Shown here piece by piece: positions 21,231 through 32,216 of a stretch of 64,000 bases of DNA; the stretch's first letter is position 1; every line of letters starts with the position of its first letter. This DNA comes from an uncultured bacterium (GTDB lineage: Bacteria; Krumholzibacteriota; Krumholzibacteriia; LZORAL124-64-63), in contig CAVSGO010000007.1 in NCBI GenBank assembly GCA_963727525.1, positions 1-64,000 on the forward strand, in the 5' to 3' direction. The notes under the pieces are model-generated. The model was given only the letters and a program-made list of their open reading frames with translations. It searched no databases and was not told the DNA's origin. Both the position numbers and the translations under genes were made by a program.

Positions 21231-21713
21231 CGTATAGGTCAAACAGACCACGTTTTCGGAACCCCTCCCCCACATGGCGCCGACTCGCGCGCTCGATTCT
21301 ACCACACTTTTGCCGCGCCTTCGCATGAGAGTCGTCCGTGAACCTCGCGACACGCCCGTTGTGAGCGGATCGAGGCGTCATTCCGCGGTGCCAATCGCCA
21401 GATTTCCTCGCCGCCGCGCAGACTGCTCCCACCGGCCGACTGTCGGGCCTCGCCCCTTGACGATTCCGAAGCTCGGGTTCTCAGTCCGCGTCCGGCAGGC
21501 CGGCTGTCTGATCCACCTCGTCCCAGATCACTGGACCGCTCGCCTGCGCGAACTCCAGTTCTCCTTGCGGCGGTGAGCGCGCCGGCAACGTGGCCGGCGG
21601 CTCACTCTCCAGATCGAGGTGATCGAGGATCCGCTTGATCACCACCGGGTCCAGGATGAAGGACAGGATCGTCATCGGACTACCGCAGCGCGGGCATTGC
21701 AAAGGCCGCGCGT
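21231..21713 (-). mobile_element. ISCR copy E: transposase C-terminal end plus oriIS subtype 3 (GTTTGACCTATACG)
   Basis: Near-identical to the ends of copies F, G and H. Confidence 0.9.
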
Positions 21714-22336
21714 GTCAGGCCCATCAGACCCATCAGGCGCCGGGTCCGGGTGCGGCCCACCCTGTGGCCCTGCCGGCGAAGCCAGCGGGCCATCTGCCGC
21801 GAGCCGTACCACGGCGTCTCGAGGAACTGAGCGTCGATCAGCTTCATCAGCTTCAGGTTCAGCTCGCTCTCGCCCTTGCGGTCGTAGTAGAACGACGACC
21901 GCGAGATTCCGACCAGCTCGCACTTGCGAGTGATGCTGAGTCCGCCCTTGCCCTCGCTGACCATCGCCGTCCTTCGGTCGCGACTCATCGGCCGAAGGCT
22001 TTGGACAAAAAATCGTTCTCCACGGTGAGCTTCCCGATCTTGGCATGGAGTTCCTTGAGCTCGGCGTCCTTCGCCGCCTCGGTCCGGTCCGCCTTCTTGG
22101 CGAACAGCTCAGGCAGGCTCTCTTGAGCCCGCCGCTTCCACTGGCTGATCATGTTCGGGTGAACGCCGTGCTTAGCCGAAAGCTCGGCCATCGTCAGGGC
22201 CCCGGAAAGCGCCTCGAGGGCGACCTTCGCCTTGAAGTCGGCGGAGAATCTGCGTCGTGTGGTCATTGCTCCTGTCCTCTCGTTCGAAGGGCGGGAGCCA
22301 CCTTAGCACACTGTCCGAATTCCTGGGGCCACCTCT
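21714..22336 (-). mobile_element. Truncated IS3-family element (orfA 21985-22266; orfB cut at the copy E junction)
   Basis: RRRFSADFKAKVALEAL; CELVGISRSSFYY, YGSRQM; left end AGAGGTGGCCCCAGG. Confidence 0.85.
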
Positions 22337-22653
22337 GTACTGGCTGGCTTCGAAGGTCCGACGGCCCGGGCGATCTGGCGGTTGGCCATGCCGTTGACGG
22401 AGAGGATGAAGATCTGGGCGAGGATTTCTGGCCGTTTGAGCAAGTAGGTGGCCGAGAAGGTCTGAGTGGAGAAGCTGCGGCCGCAATGGCGGCAGGTAAA
22501 TCTCCGTACGCGCAGGGGCGGCTTTTCGCGGGTGAACTGGCCTCGGCGCGAAAAGGGCCAGGGACCGCCGGAATGCAGGAAATACTGGCATTCGGGATTA
22601 GGGCAGTGGGGCGGAGCCCAGGGTTGAGTCGAGGTGTCAGTGGTATCGCACAT
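22337..22653 (-). pseudogene. N-terminal Zn-ribbon/HTH fragment of an IS1-like transposase
   Basis: PPHCPNPEC...RFTCRHCGRSFS...GMANRQIARAVG, cut by the IS3 end. Confidence 0.5.
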
Positions 22654-22712
22654 GGCCCCCGACTTCGCAAGTCGAGGGCCATGCACAGTCTTCGAGGTAC
22701 AACCCAGGACGT

Positions 22713-24212
22713 CTACCGATAGAGCGCCTTGACGTGGCTCCACGTCGTGGGTTCGGTCTCCACTGCCCACTCGAGTCCATCCAGATGGCACACGTAGGGG
22801 TACTCGTTGCCCGCGCCTTGCGGAGGCGCGAACACGGTGGAGCCGATCCAGAACCAGACGGCGGCTCCCGGCGCATAGCCGGTGATGGTCATATACGCCT
22901 CGAGGCAGGGGCCGCCGGTCGCCTGCTGGATCACGGCGACGGCGTTGCAGTCCTGGGGGCCAAGCTCGAACATGTAGGTCGCGTACTCCGCATCGAGGAT
23001 CGCGTCGATGGCTCCCGTGGGGCCCATGGTGAGGATGAACCAGTCCGTATCGCGGTATTGCGCACCGCCCGGGGCGTTGTACCAACCGGCGACGCCGCAG
23101 AGTGTCAGGCTGGAACTCCACCCGTAGATATCCTGGAAGGGATAGCCGGTAGAATTGCAGCCGCCATTAAAGTGGTCGACGTAGCCGTCGTGCAGCGGCG
23201 GTTCGTTCTCGTGCGTGCTGCCCGGCGGGCAGTCGATGACACAGGGGACATCCATGGCGATGTCCATCTGGTAGCCCCCGAAGGCACCGCCGTAGCCATC
23301 GACCACGATGTAGTAGGTCTGGCCCGCGGTCATGGCGACCTGCTCGAGCTTCGACGAGTAGGTGTAGCACGGCGAGCCGGAGTAGAAATCGTCGTTGCAG
23401 GCGATCAGGTTCAGGGCGGTGTCGTACACGTAGGCCTTGGTGTCGTAGCTGGAATGGCAGAAGTCGATGTCGAGCGAGATCGATGCCGTCGGCGTGTAGC
23501 GGTAGACCACGTCCGGCGCCGTGGAACCCGAGTAGGGGCAGACCTCGTCGTAGTCGTTCACGTATCCGGCCGTGGTGCCGGTGACGCTGTACGGGATGTC
23601 CGGGATGATGGTGGCGTTGGCGATCGTGTCGCCGCCCTGATCGACGACGCCCCCGTCCTCGTTGGGATCCCAGCGGCGCATGTTGAACTCGTAGTGGCCG
23701 GCCGCGCCACCCGAACCGTCGACGACCAGGTAGAAGGTCTCGCCCGCGGGCACCCAGAGGTTGTCGATGCGCGACGTGTCGAAACCGCACTCGGAGTCGG
23801 CGTAGTGGTCGTCGTTGCAGTCGATCACCTCGCCATTGGCGCGGATGACGTAGATCTTCGTGTCGTACAGCGATCCGCAGAAGTCGATCGTCAGTGTGCC
23901 GTACTCCGGGCGGGTGAAGGAGTACACGACGTCCGGCGACGGCGAATTGGCGTCCGGGCAGACGGCGTCGTAGTCGTTGGTATGTCCGACCGTGGTCCCC
24001 GAGCCCGAGAACGGCAACGAGGTGATCGGCGTCGCGTCGGCGATGGTCTCGCCGCCCTCGCGGTCGATCGGCGGCAGCACGCGCTGCATGGGCTCCAGCT
24101 TCGGCGGCCGCTGGGGCGCGGCGTTGCCCGTGGTCTGGGCGCTCGCGGCTGCCGCCAGCACCGCGGTGGCGAGCACGACGAGGCATGAATAACGCAGGAT
24201 CCTGACGACCAT
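22713..24212 (-). CDS. Secreted Cys-rich protein with duplicated PPC-like beta-domains and TWSHVKALYR tail
   Basis: Signal peptide; two copies of GGxTIA..T...NDYD.VCP....PDVVY...IDFC.S.YDTK...CNDD...VVDG. Confidence 0.75.
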   Translation of the reverse strand: MVVRILRYSCLVVLATAVLAAAASAQTTGNAAPQRPPKLEPMQRVLPPIDREGGETIADATPITSLPFSGSGTTVGHTNDYDAVCPDANSPSPDVVYSFTRPEYGTLTIDFCGSLYDTKIYVIRANGEVIDCNDDHYADSECGFDTSRIDNLWVPAGETFYLVVDGSGGAAGHYEFNMRRWDPNEDGGVVDQGGDTIANATIIPDIPYSVTGTTAGYVNDYDEVCPYSGSTAPDVVYRYTPTASISLDIDFCHSSYDTKAYVYDTALNLIACNDDFYSGSPCYTYSSKLEQVAMTAGQTYYIVVDGYGGAFGGYQMDIAMDVPCVIDCPPGSTHENEPPLHDGYVDHFNGGCNSTGYPFQDIYGWSSSLTLCGVAGWYNAPGGAQYRDTDWFILTMGPTGAIDAILDAEYATYMFELGPQDCNAVAVIQQATGGPCLEAYMTITGYAPGAAVWFWIGSTVFAPPQGAGNEYPYVCHLDGLEWAVETEPTTWSHVKALYR

Positions 24213-24487
24213 CGCGGCCCTCCTCCGCTAACGACCATTTCGTGACGAGGCCACTCCGATTCTACCGCACTTGCGGCCACGATTCAATCGACCTGCGGCG
24301 AATCCGAGGCGATCCGCGGAACCCGGGCCATTCCGTACGACTCCCATCGTCATTCGGCCATCCGGACATCGCTGGACATCGGCGCCGGGAATTCCATTGC
24401 GTCATCCGACTCACGAATGCTGCCGGTCGTGAGCATCGCAGGACAGAAGGAGGGACCGATCATGAAGAGACTCATCGTGGGCGGCGG

Positions 24488-24873
24488 CGTATAGGTCAAA
24501 CAGACCACGTTTTCGGAACCCCTCCCCCACATGGCGCCGACTCGCGAGCTCGATTCTACCACACTTTTGCCGCGCCTTCGCATGAGAGTCGTCCGTGAAC
24601 CTCGCGACACGCCCGTTGTGAGCGGCTCGAGGCGTCATTCCGCGGTGCCAATCGCCAGATTTCGTCCCCGCCGCGCAGACCACTCCCACCGGCCAACTGT
24701 CGGGCCTCGCCCCTTGACGATTCCGAAGCTCGGGTTCTCAGTCCGCGTCTGGCAGGCCGGCTGTCTGATCCACCTCGTCCCAGATCACTGGACCGCTCGC
24801 CTGCGCGAACTCCAGTTCTCCTTGCGGCGGTGAGCGCGCCGGCAACGTGGCCGGCGGCTCACTCTCCAGATCG
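24488..24873 (-). mobile_element. ISCR copy F: shortest remnant (about 386 bp) with oriIS subtype 3
   Basis: Last about 44 transposase codons plus the complete 3' non-coding end. Confidence 0.9.
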
Positions 24874-25004
24874 CAGAGGTCGGCGGTCGACCAGATCTCG
24901 AAGCCGGTGCGGTGCACGGCGGCGATCCGGGCGACGGCGGTGTCGTCGTTCTCGAGTTGCTGCCGGAAATAGGTGTCGAAGCCCAGCTGGGCCAGGTCGA
25001 ACAT
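24874..25004 (-). pseudogene. N-terminal fragment of an RsgA-like GTPase fused to copy F
   Basis: GGAGG RBS; MFDLAQLGFDTYFRQQL...VARIAAVHR resembles the N-terminus of long RsgA paralogs. Confidence 0.55.
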
Positions 25005-25393
25005 GGTGATGTCCTCCACGTCATGCGGTCGGCCGTGCATGCGCAAGCACCACGCCGGCCTGACGACAGGCGGCGCGGGGCTCCGGATCACGGACGAAGG
25101 TGAGACACAGCGGCGGGAATCGCCGGGTGCGTCGCGCTACGTGCGATCCGCGTGAAGGACGAGGGCGGACATCAACACTCCCATGTTCGGCGTGGATAGG
25201 ACGCGATCATTGTAGCGCGTCGGGCCCGAGTGATCAACCGAGGTGTGACGGCGAGAGCCTCCGGACGCGGTCGAGCCGAGTCCGCGTCCGCGTAGCGCAC
25301 TCAGAACGGACTGGCGTCACGTCGCCGCTCCCGCGGTGGCAAGTTCGCGCGTTTGCGCGCGGCGCGGTTCGCCCGCAAGGCCGTCACGAGTCG

Positions 25394-25968
25394 TCACCGG
25401 TACAAGGCCTTGACGCTGCCCCACCGCGTCGGCGCCGCCGCGACCTCGCAGTCGCCCAGGATGGCGACGGCGTCCAGGGTCCAGCCGTCCGCGTCGACGG
25501 GGCAAGCGTAACCGAGCGGTTCGATACGCGAAGGGTCGTTGGTCATGATCGCGCCATGCCCGGGCAAGGATGCCGGGACCGCGGGCCCCAATCGAATGCC
25601 GGCCGCGAATGCCGTAAACGCCAGGAGTTGCACGTCCGCGATCAGGGTGGGACCGTCGACCGGCACGGGCCCGCAGCCGCTGCAGAACAGGAAGTTGTAC
25701 GGGAAGTTGGGCACATCGCAGACTTGGCACGGCGGCATCGTGGCCGAGAGCACGAGGATATCTGGCGCTGCCGGCTCGAAACGCCAGCCGAACTCGATGG
25801 CGTCGAATTCCCCGAGGTCATCCGCGCTCTGCAAGACGAAGTAGAGATGGAAACTCTCCATCGCCGCCGCCGGGCCGCGGCAGGTCTGGGTGCCATCGCT
25901 GTCGAAGTACACCCCGAGGCAGTTTGCGACCCCATCGCAGGTGCCTGCCCCCCACGCGACACCGCCGG
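25394..25968 (-). pseudogene. Secreted protein decapitated in its signal peptide by the copy G end; tail TRWGSVKALYR
   Basis: CLGVYFDSDG...; native start missing. Confidence 0.65.
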
Positions 25969-26856
25969 CGTATAGGTCAAACAGACCACGTTTTCGGAAC
26001 CCCTCCCCCACATGGCGCCGACTCGCGCGCTCGATTCTACCACACTTTTGCCGCGCCTTCGCATGAGACTCGTCCGTGAACCTCGCGACACGCCCGTTGT
26101 GAGCGGCTCGAGGCGTCATTCCGCGGTGCCAATCGCCAGATTTCGTCCCCGCCGCGCAGACTGCTCCCACCGGCCGACTGTCGGGCCTCGCCCCTTGACG
26201 ATTCCGAAGCTCGGGTTCTCAGTCCGCGTCCGGCAGGCCGGCTGTCTGATCCACCTCGTCCCAGATCACTGGACCGCTCGCCTGCGCGAACTCCAGTTCT
26301 CCTTGCGGCGGTGAGCGCGCCGGCAACGTGGCCGGCGGCTCACTCTCCAGATCGAGGTGATCGAGGATCCGCTTGATCACCACCGGGTCCAGGATGAAGG
26401 ACAGGATCGTCATCGGACTACCGCAGCGCGGGCATTGCAAAGGCCGCGCGTCGTAGATGCGAGCCAAGAGCAGCGCCCAGCTACGCGACGCTTTGGGGCG
26501 CGGCTGGGTCGCTTCCGTCATCCCCATCGCAGCCCTGGCGCGCTCGAGCGCGAGCAGCACCGTGCCGGCGGGACCGGCGGTCTGTGTGACCGCCCGGCGC
26601 AGCTTCGCCCCTGGAGCGAAGACCCCACAGTACCGATGGCGGTGCTTGCGTGGTGGGGCGAGCAGGTCGACCACGCGCTCGAGGAACTCCAGCGGGCTCA
26701 GCAGGATCTCCGTGCGGCCGTCTGGTCGTGGTCGGCGCAGGCGGTACACCAGGGTGTCGGCATTGAGGCGGCCCAGGCGGCCGGCGGCCAGGGCCGGTCG
26801 CGCGCAGTAACGCACCAGTCGCTCCAGGCCCTGGCGGTCCCAGTCGGCAAGCCTGA
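25969..26856 (-). mobile_element. ISCR copy G: 5'-truncated transposase plus oriIS subtype 3
   Basis: Nearly identical to copy H 39971-40858. Confidence 0.92.
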
Positions 26857-27752
26857 TGAAAAGAAGACGCGTGAGTGGACTAGCGGCGGTTGTGCTCTTC
26901 TCGGTTATGACCGCATTTCCGGCTGATGGGGTAGATGTAAGCGGCGTGTTTGGAATGGCAGAACTGACAGAAGCGATGTCCATCGTTATCTGGATGCCGG
27001 TAACGGAAGGCGAGGCGGTTAGCGGATTCTCTTGGTACAACAATGATGCGCTCGCGGTGTTTCGCCGCGTACGAGCCATGGCGGGCGTAGTAGAACATCC
27101 AGATGACCTTAGCAATGCAGTTATTGTAGGGGAAGAAGTGGTGGGGAGAAGCTCCGATTGGAGTCAGTTTACGTTTGATCGGCCGCTCGCTTCAGATTCT
27201 GATGGGATCTACATCGTATTCGATATTCCAAGAGGCGGTGAGCTTGTACATGAAGGCGAAGGCGGAGGCTATGGCGTTGGTTTTCAAGGCGGAAGCGGCT
27301 TTATTCGGTGCTGGATCTGGAGTGATGTCGGGGGCTGGGACGCGGTGGACCCCGGTTTTCAAATGGCGGTCATACCCGCTGCGGAAATAGACAAGCGGGG
27401 TGACGTTCTCGTGCTACAGCGCGGTCAGGGAGGCGGTCGGCTGCCGACGGAGGAAGGCAACACGCCGCTTGAATCTGCGGAGATGACGTTGCTAGCAATA
27501 CCAAACCCGTTTAATCCGGTGACTGAGATTGAGTACACCACTGTGACGAGCGGCGTCGTGAATCTCGGATTGTATAATGTGCGAGGTCAAATAGTGCGGA
27601 TGCTTGTACATGCGCAGCAGGAACCCGGGACCCATCATGCGACTTGGAATGGTCAGGATCACGCCGGGCGAAGTCTCCCAAGCGGCATGTATCTGGCCCG
27701 ATTACAGGTAGGATCTATGCAGGTCGTCGAGCGACTGACCCTGTTAAAGTGA
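26856..27752 (+). CDS. Secreted 'WYNND' protein with FlgD-Ig CTD (paralog 3); ATG overlaps the copy G breakpoint
   Basis: WYNND, PNPFNP, WNGQDHAGRSLPSGMY...LTLLK. Confidence 0.8.
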   Translation: MKRRRVSGLAAVVLFSVMTAFPADGVDVSGVFGMAELTEAMSIVIWMPVTEGEAVSGFSWYNNDALAVFRRVRAMAGVVEHPDDLSNAVIVGEEVVGRSSDWSQFTFDRPLASDSDGIYIVFDIPRGGELVHEGEGGGYGVGFQGGSGFIRCWIWSDVGGWDAVDPGFQMAVIPAAEIDKRGDVLVLQRGQGGGRLPTEEGNTPLESAEMTLLAIPNPFNPVTEIEYTTVTSGVVNLGLYNVRGQIVRMLVHAQQEPGTHHATWNGQDHAGRSLPSGMYLARLQVGSMQVVERLTLLK

Positions 27753-27962
27753 AGGTTCTGCAATGCGATCGGGTCGGTTGTCCGGTATTTAGTCCTCAGA
27801 AGAGACGCGGCAGCGTCGGCGGCCGATAGAATTCGGAGGATCGAGGCTCGATAATTGCAGGTCGACCTGGAGATTTGCAACTTGCGAGACCGCTGCGGCT
27901 TCTAAAGGCCTTGAGTGACGTAGGTTGATCGTTGCGTCCTGTTTCAGCGAGGACTTGTTCCA

Positions 27963-28958
27963 ATGCCCAGTCACGATGCACAAACTAGACGGACCTCGTC
28001 GGCCATTGCCGTCTTTGGGTTATCGTGGATGGCAATCCTGGGCGGCTGTGCAGTTCCTACCGAGAACGACCCGGCCATCGTGACAAAGGTGCTGGGAACC
28101 GACAGCGTGACAGGCGCGATAGGCTCGATGTGGGTGTCACCGGGCGAGCGATGGTTGTCGTTTCTGGAATTGGACTCGCTATCCCATCTCGGAGGTCTCG
28201 CGAGTATCGATCTAGCCACTGGGCAAAGGGTAGAGCACGATCTAAGCGGCGTTGCGGAGAAAGTACGAATAGCGAATTCCAACGAGTCTATTCTCGCAGA
28301 TGCCGCGGGGTTTCAAGGTAAATACACTGGCTGGTATGAGGGTCGCCTTTACTTGCCCTTCTCCAGCATCGGGGTGATCGGCGCACTGGTAGTTGACAAT
28401 GCGGAGCCTGTGGTAACGCTCGGTAAGGATCCGGGTAAGGCGCTCATGCTTGTCGACGGGCCGGAATGGGGCAGGTGGGCTAGTTCAGCGAACCGTAGGC
28501 GGGGCGGGCGAACTCAAGACGGTACGATTGATGATGCTCAGATTGTATCTGCAGCTTGGCACAACGGAAGATACGCTCAGGCCACCTATATGCAAGATCG
28601 TAACAGTCAGTCGATCGTCGTAGTCGGGCCCGACGGCGCTAGGCGTCGAGTAGCGAAGTTGCCTGGTGGCGGTATCTTTAATAAAGTGCAACTATCTTTG
28701 TTGCGAGTATCTCCTAATGAGACCTATTTAGCCATTGTAGCGAGTAAAGAACCAAAGATATTGTCACCTATAATGCGAGATGACCTTTACGTTGTGGACT
28801 TCGCGACAGGTAAGAACATGAGATTATGCAACTTCCGAATGATCGCGAACTTACAGTGGAGCACAGACGATAAGCGCATCTACCTGACCGGCATCAAATT
28901 GGATGAGACACGGGCAGCCTATGTCGTAAACGTTGCAAAGGCATTCGGACACGAGTGA
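27963..28958 (+). CDS. Putative lipoprotein, beta-propeller/TolB-like
   Basis: ILGGC lipobox-like; VSPGERWLSF, VSPNETYLA, WSTDDKRIY blade-like repeats. Confidence 0.6.
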   Translation: MPSHDAQTRRTSSAIAVFGLSWMAILGGCAVPTENDPAIVTKVLGTDSVTGAIGSMWVSPGERWLSFLELDSLSHLGGLASIDLATGQRVEHDLSGVAEKVRIANSNESILADAAGFQGKYTGWYEGRLYLPFSSIGVIGALVVDNAEPVVTLGKDPGKALMLVDGPEWGRWASSANRRRGGRTQDGTIDDAQIVSAAWHNGRYAQATYMQDRNSQSIVVVGPDGARRRVAKLPGGGIFNKVQLSLLRVSPNETYLAIVASKEPKILSPIMRDDLYVVDFATGKNMRLCNFRMIANLQWSTDDKRIYLTGIKLDETRAAYVVNVAKAFGHE

Positions 28959-29564
28959 CCCATATTCCACCCGCGAGGGGATGTCGTATCGGCACGAAGC
29001 CCTGCCGATAGATCAAATTCTGAGAAAGAGTTCGCTTCCGCGTCTCACCAGGGGAGCCAGCTTCATTCGCGGGTACCAGTCTCACGAGTAATGTTCAACT
29101 GAGCGGTATGATTCGCGGCGAATATGCGCGACTATAAGCGCTTGTCGTTGCGTAGTTAGCGAGGGCGGGTAGGTTCGGGCGTGAAGGCGGAGAATTCTGA
29201 GAATTCTTAGGTCGCCCCTGCGGGCTGCAGCGACGGCCGTGTTCTCTGTGACTCTTGGTTTCTGTGCCTGGCGCTCCAAAAAGGTTAACAGCCCGCACTA
29301 AACATCAAGTACGCTCGCAACTCAATTGGGGACAACGGATTGTCGCCTTAGGCGCGATCTGGACTTCCCGCCAACCCACTATTGGACTCGCGGTTGCCGC
29401 ACCTCTTGAGCGCCAGTGCGTCTTGTTTCCCGGGTGTCCGGCACCGCCATCGGCGTGTATACTACAATACGAGCTACATGACACCGGGGCTCGGGGGACG
29501 CCCGCTTCCATCTACACGAAGACGGCGTTGAGATCTCCGAAGTTCTTGGGGGAGCCGGAACACC

Positions 29565-30767
29565 GTGGGCAGTCGAGGCAGTACAGCGACTATCGCAGTG
29601 ATCATGCTAGTGTGCGTGGTCGCTGTTGCGGCCGCTAGCGAACGACCAGGCGGGAGACAACTCGCTTCGCTCGGGGATGGACGTTTTCTCTTGGCGCGGG
29701 AGACCGACGAGGGGGTGATCCTGCAGTTCTGCGGAGATAAAGCCACCTCAGATGATCCCGTGGTGTTGCTACGGGATTACGCGTACGTCGAAAGAATCGC
29801 GTGGCTCGATGCTAAGCAGTTGGCGGTGGTCTTTGCAGGCCAAAGTGAGGCCGCTCCCGCGGTCTTCGCGTACTCTCGAGATGGGAAGCAACTATGGCAT
29901 CACCCTCCAGAGGAAGCTCTCTTACGTGCTCAGCTAATTACCTTACCGGGAGACTCGACGCTCGGGTACATCCCGAACAATACCGGTTGGGGTGATCCTC
30001 GTCCAATCGCTTTGCCCAAGGAGCTCGATTTCCCCCGTCGACGCCGCGCCGGTTACTATCAGAACAGCTTAGTTGGACCATCCACGCATCTCGTCGAATG
30101 GCGTCTCGACAACGGTTCATTAGAAGTCACTCTTCGCAATATTCTCGCTCGTGACCCGATTTGGTCAGTCGATTATCAAGACGTGTCGCCAGGCTGTGAG
30201 ATGCGCGACTACGGCGGTGCGGTTGGTACTCGTTGTGCTTGGTTGACCTGGCAGTGCAGGTTCGATCCATTCCCGATGATATCGATCGATTTAGAGACTG
30301 GGGCTGAGCTTGCTCGCCGCACGTTTGATGGATATGCGGCAGCAGCATTTCCCGAACCGAACGGCAATCGCCTGCTGGTTTGGCTGCAAGACTTCTATCA
30401 CGACGGCAAAATGATGGTGCTGGATGGGGTCACGCTTTCAGTCACGGACTCTTTGGCGGTGCCATACGGCTGGAACCCGGTAGGCTTCAAGGTGGAACAG
30501 CAGCGTGCGTCTGCGGGGGACGTTACTCTCGCTACTCTCCGTGGATGCTGGCCGTCTCGAGTCACTCCGCCGCCGGAAGACACGCCGATCCCGCGCTCAC
30601 TTGTGATCAAGTGGGACGAGCGTGTGTCCACCTACTTCCTACCGGAAGCGGCGTGCTTCGACGGTTCGGCCAATGTACGCATCTGGCGAGAATGGTATAG
30701 TGATGGTTCATGGCGGCACATCGAGATAGCGAAGTGGGAGCCGCCTCGCAACGAGACAACGAGATAA
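29565..30767 (+). CDS. Secreted hypothetical protein, possible beta-propeller
   Basis: Signal peptide; 400-aa ORF; YSRDGKQLW. Confidence 0.55.
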   Translation: MGSRGSTATIAVIMLVCVVAVAAASERPGGRQLASLGDGRFLLARETDEGVILQFCGDKATSDDPVVLLRDYAYVERIAWLDAKQLAVVFAGQSEAAPAVFAYSRDGKQLWHHPPEEALLRAQLITLPGDSTLGYIPNNTGWGDPRPIALPKELDFPRRRRAGYYQNSLVGPSTHLVEWRLDNGSLEVTLRNILARDPIWSVDYQDVSPGCEMRDYGGAVGTRCAWLTWQCRFDPFPMISIDLETGAELARRTFDGYAAAAFPEPNGNRLLVWLQDFYHDGKMMVLDGVTLSVTDSLAVPYGWNPVGFKVEQQRASAGDVTLATLRGCWPSRVTPPPEDTPIPRSLVIKWDERVSTYFLPEAACFDGSANVRIWREWYSDGSWRHIEIAKWEPPRNETTR

Positions 30768-31247
30768 GAACTACCGCGGAGGCCGGAGTCCAGTTGGATG
30801 GACGCAGCGGCAACGCTGTGCCGTCGGTATTTTCGGAAACGACCACTCCCGTCTGGCGGTCCCTGCGGGATGAAGCTGAGAAAGCTATCGTTGATCCAGT
30901 GAACGCCGGGCCGTACCGGGCGACGAGGAAGATGGCGTTGGCGAAGTGAGCTGGCCGCGGCCTGGAGACCCCACGAGGCGGGAACGAGAGATGAGGTGGT
31001 GATCATGTGGTTAGCTGCGAAAGGACTCACCCAACGACGGACCTAAGCGCCCGACGGCAGCGGCGTAACTTTGGGTGTGGTACAACAATCACTGGGGGAA
31101 GGTCACTCGTCGCCGTCTTTACGGCGCAACGCGCGGCGTACTGTACGACGCATTCCCAGTCAGACTAGATAGGAGCTTCAAGAGATTGTGGATTCGTCTA
31201 CATGGGACAACTCCGGATTGCGGTAATGCGACAGAAAGGGAACAGGA

Positions 31248-32216
31248 ATGCCGCAGTGGTTGTACGAGAGGCTTGCAAATGAGTCAACAAATTGGCATCC
31301 TGACTTCGCATTCAGGAATTCTGTGAGATGGGCGGTGGCGCTAGCCCGATTATGCGAGCATGGACAATTCGAAGACGGCGCACTTCGCGCCTTCTACGAG
31401 CATACTAGAAGACGCGCTGTAAACCGCGTGGCTGACAACTTGACATTTGAATCGTTATTGATGGCGGCACATAATCTCGCCTCCCTGTCAGCGACCAAGA
31501 ATGGTGATCACACGCAAATTGACCAAGCCCGTTCCGGCACCATTACCTGGTATTATGGCATCTACTACGCAGCCAGTGCTATGCTGGCTGCGTCAGATGG
31601 AAGCAATCAAAAGGACCATGCTGGCACAGCACGAGCGTGGGGCAGGCAGATTGTGACTCAAACGTACGTGGTCGCGCCGTTTAACTACGCAACTTCAACG
31701 CTCGTCAAGAGTGAGTATGAGGACGAAATCGCGCGCATGCGTGCGGGGAATCGGTACAGTCTCAACGATCCGCCGAATGACGACGAGTCAGCGCTCGGGG
31801 GATGCATTTCGTATTTGGAGGGGACGGCAAGCCGAGATCGAGAGATCATTGAAGACAGAATTCGGTCGTCCCGGGACTTCGCCAACCTTGGGTATCGCGA
31901 TTTTCGCACCAAGGCCGCGCGTGGCTTTCGCGACCAGCAATTGGCGGGCCGACAGACGAATTTTCTCAATCAGGCAATACGGTACCGGGGGAAAGCGAAC
32001 TACCGAGATTCAATCTATCTATCATACGGTCAGGATCGCCAGGGGCAAATTGAACAGATGATTGACGGACTGGAGGTGACATTGAGGTGCTTTCTACGAA
32101 TGGCGTGCAGGTTTGCTGAGCGACGTGTAGAACGCGGTACTTGGACACTGTTGTGCGATGACCTCCAGAATCACTGCATTTTCAGTCTTGATACCGAACT
32201 ATTTCGTGGGCGTTGA
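31248..32216 (+). CDS. Hypothetical protein, HEPN-like
   Basis: WYYGIYYAASAMLA...DH and YRGKANY resemble HEPN helices; RBS-like sequence upstream. Confidence 0.5.
   Translation: MPQWLYERLANESTNWHPDFAFRNSVRWAVALARLCEHGQFEDGALRAFYEHTRRRAVNRVADNLTFESLLMAAHNLASLSATKNGDHTQIDQARSGTITWYYGIYYAASAMLAASDGSNQKDHAGTARAWGRQIVTQTYVVAPFNYATSTLVKSEYEDEIARMRAGNRYSLNDPPNDDESALGGCISYLEGTASRDREIIEDRIRSSRDFANLGYRDFRTKAARGFRDQQLAGRQTNFLNQAIRYRGKANYRDSIYLSYGQDRQGQIEQMIDGLEVTLRCFLRMACRFAERRVERGTWTLLCDDLQNHCIFSLDTELFRGR

Noticed and set aside
21274-21576. Repeated 100-aa ORFs (MAPTRALDST..., also at 24531, 26012, 40014, 60525) and MVMSQGLR... ORFs
   Set aside because: Shadow frames of the element end that recur only because the DNA is repeated; not conserved between subtypes.
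22734-24188. Long antisense ORFs (also 33264-34727, 42495-43991, 44729-46084, 53278-54978)
   Set aside because: Opposite-strand shadows of well-supported genes in high-GC DNA.
21231-26856. Recurrent identical 250-bp non-coding block as an ncRNA or CRISPR-like repeat
   Set aside because: It is always attached to the transposase C-terminus, so it is the 3' end of the ISCR element.
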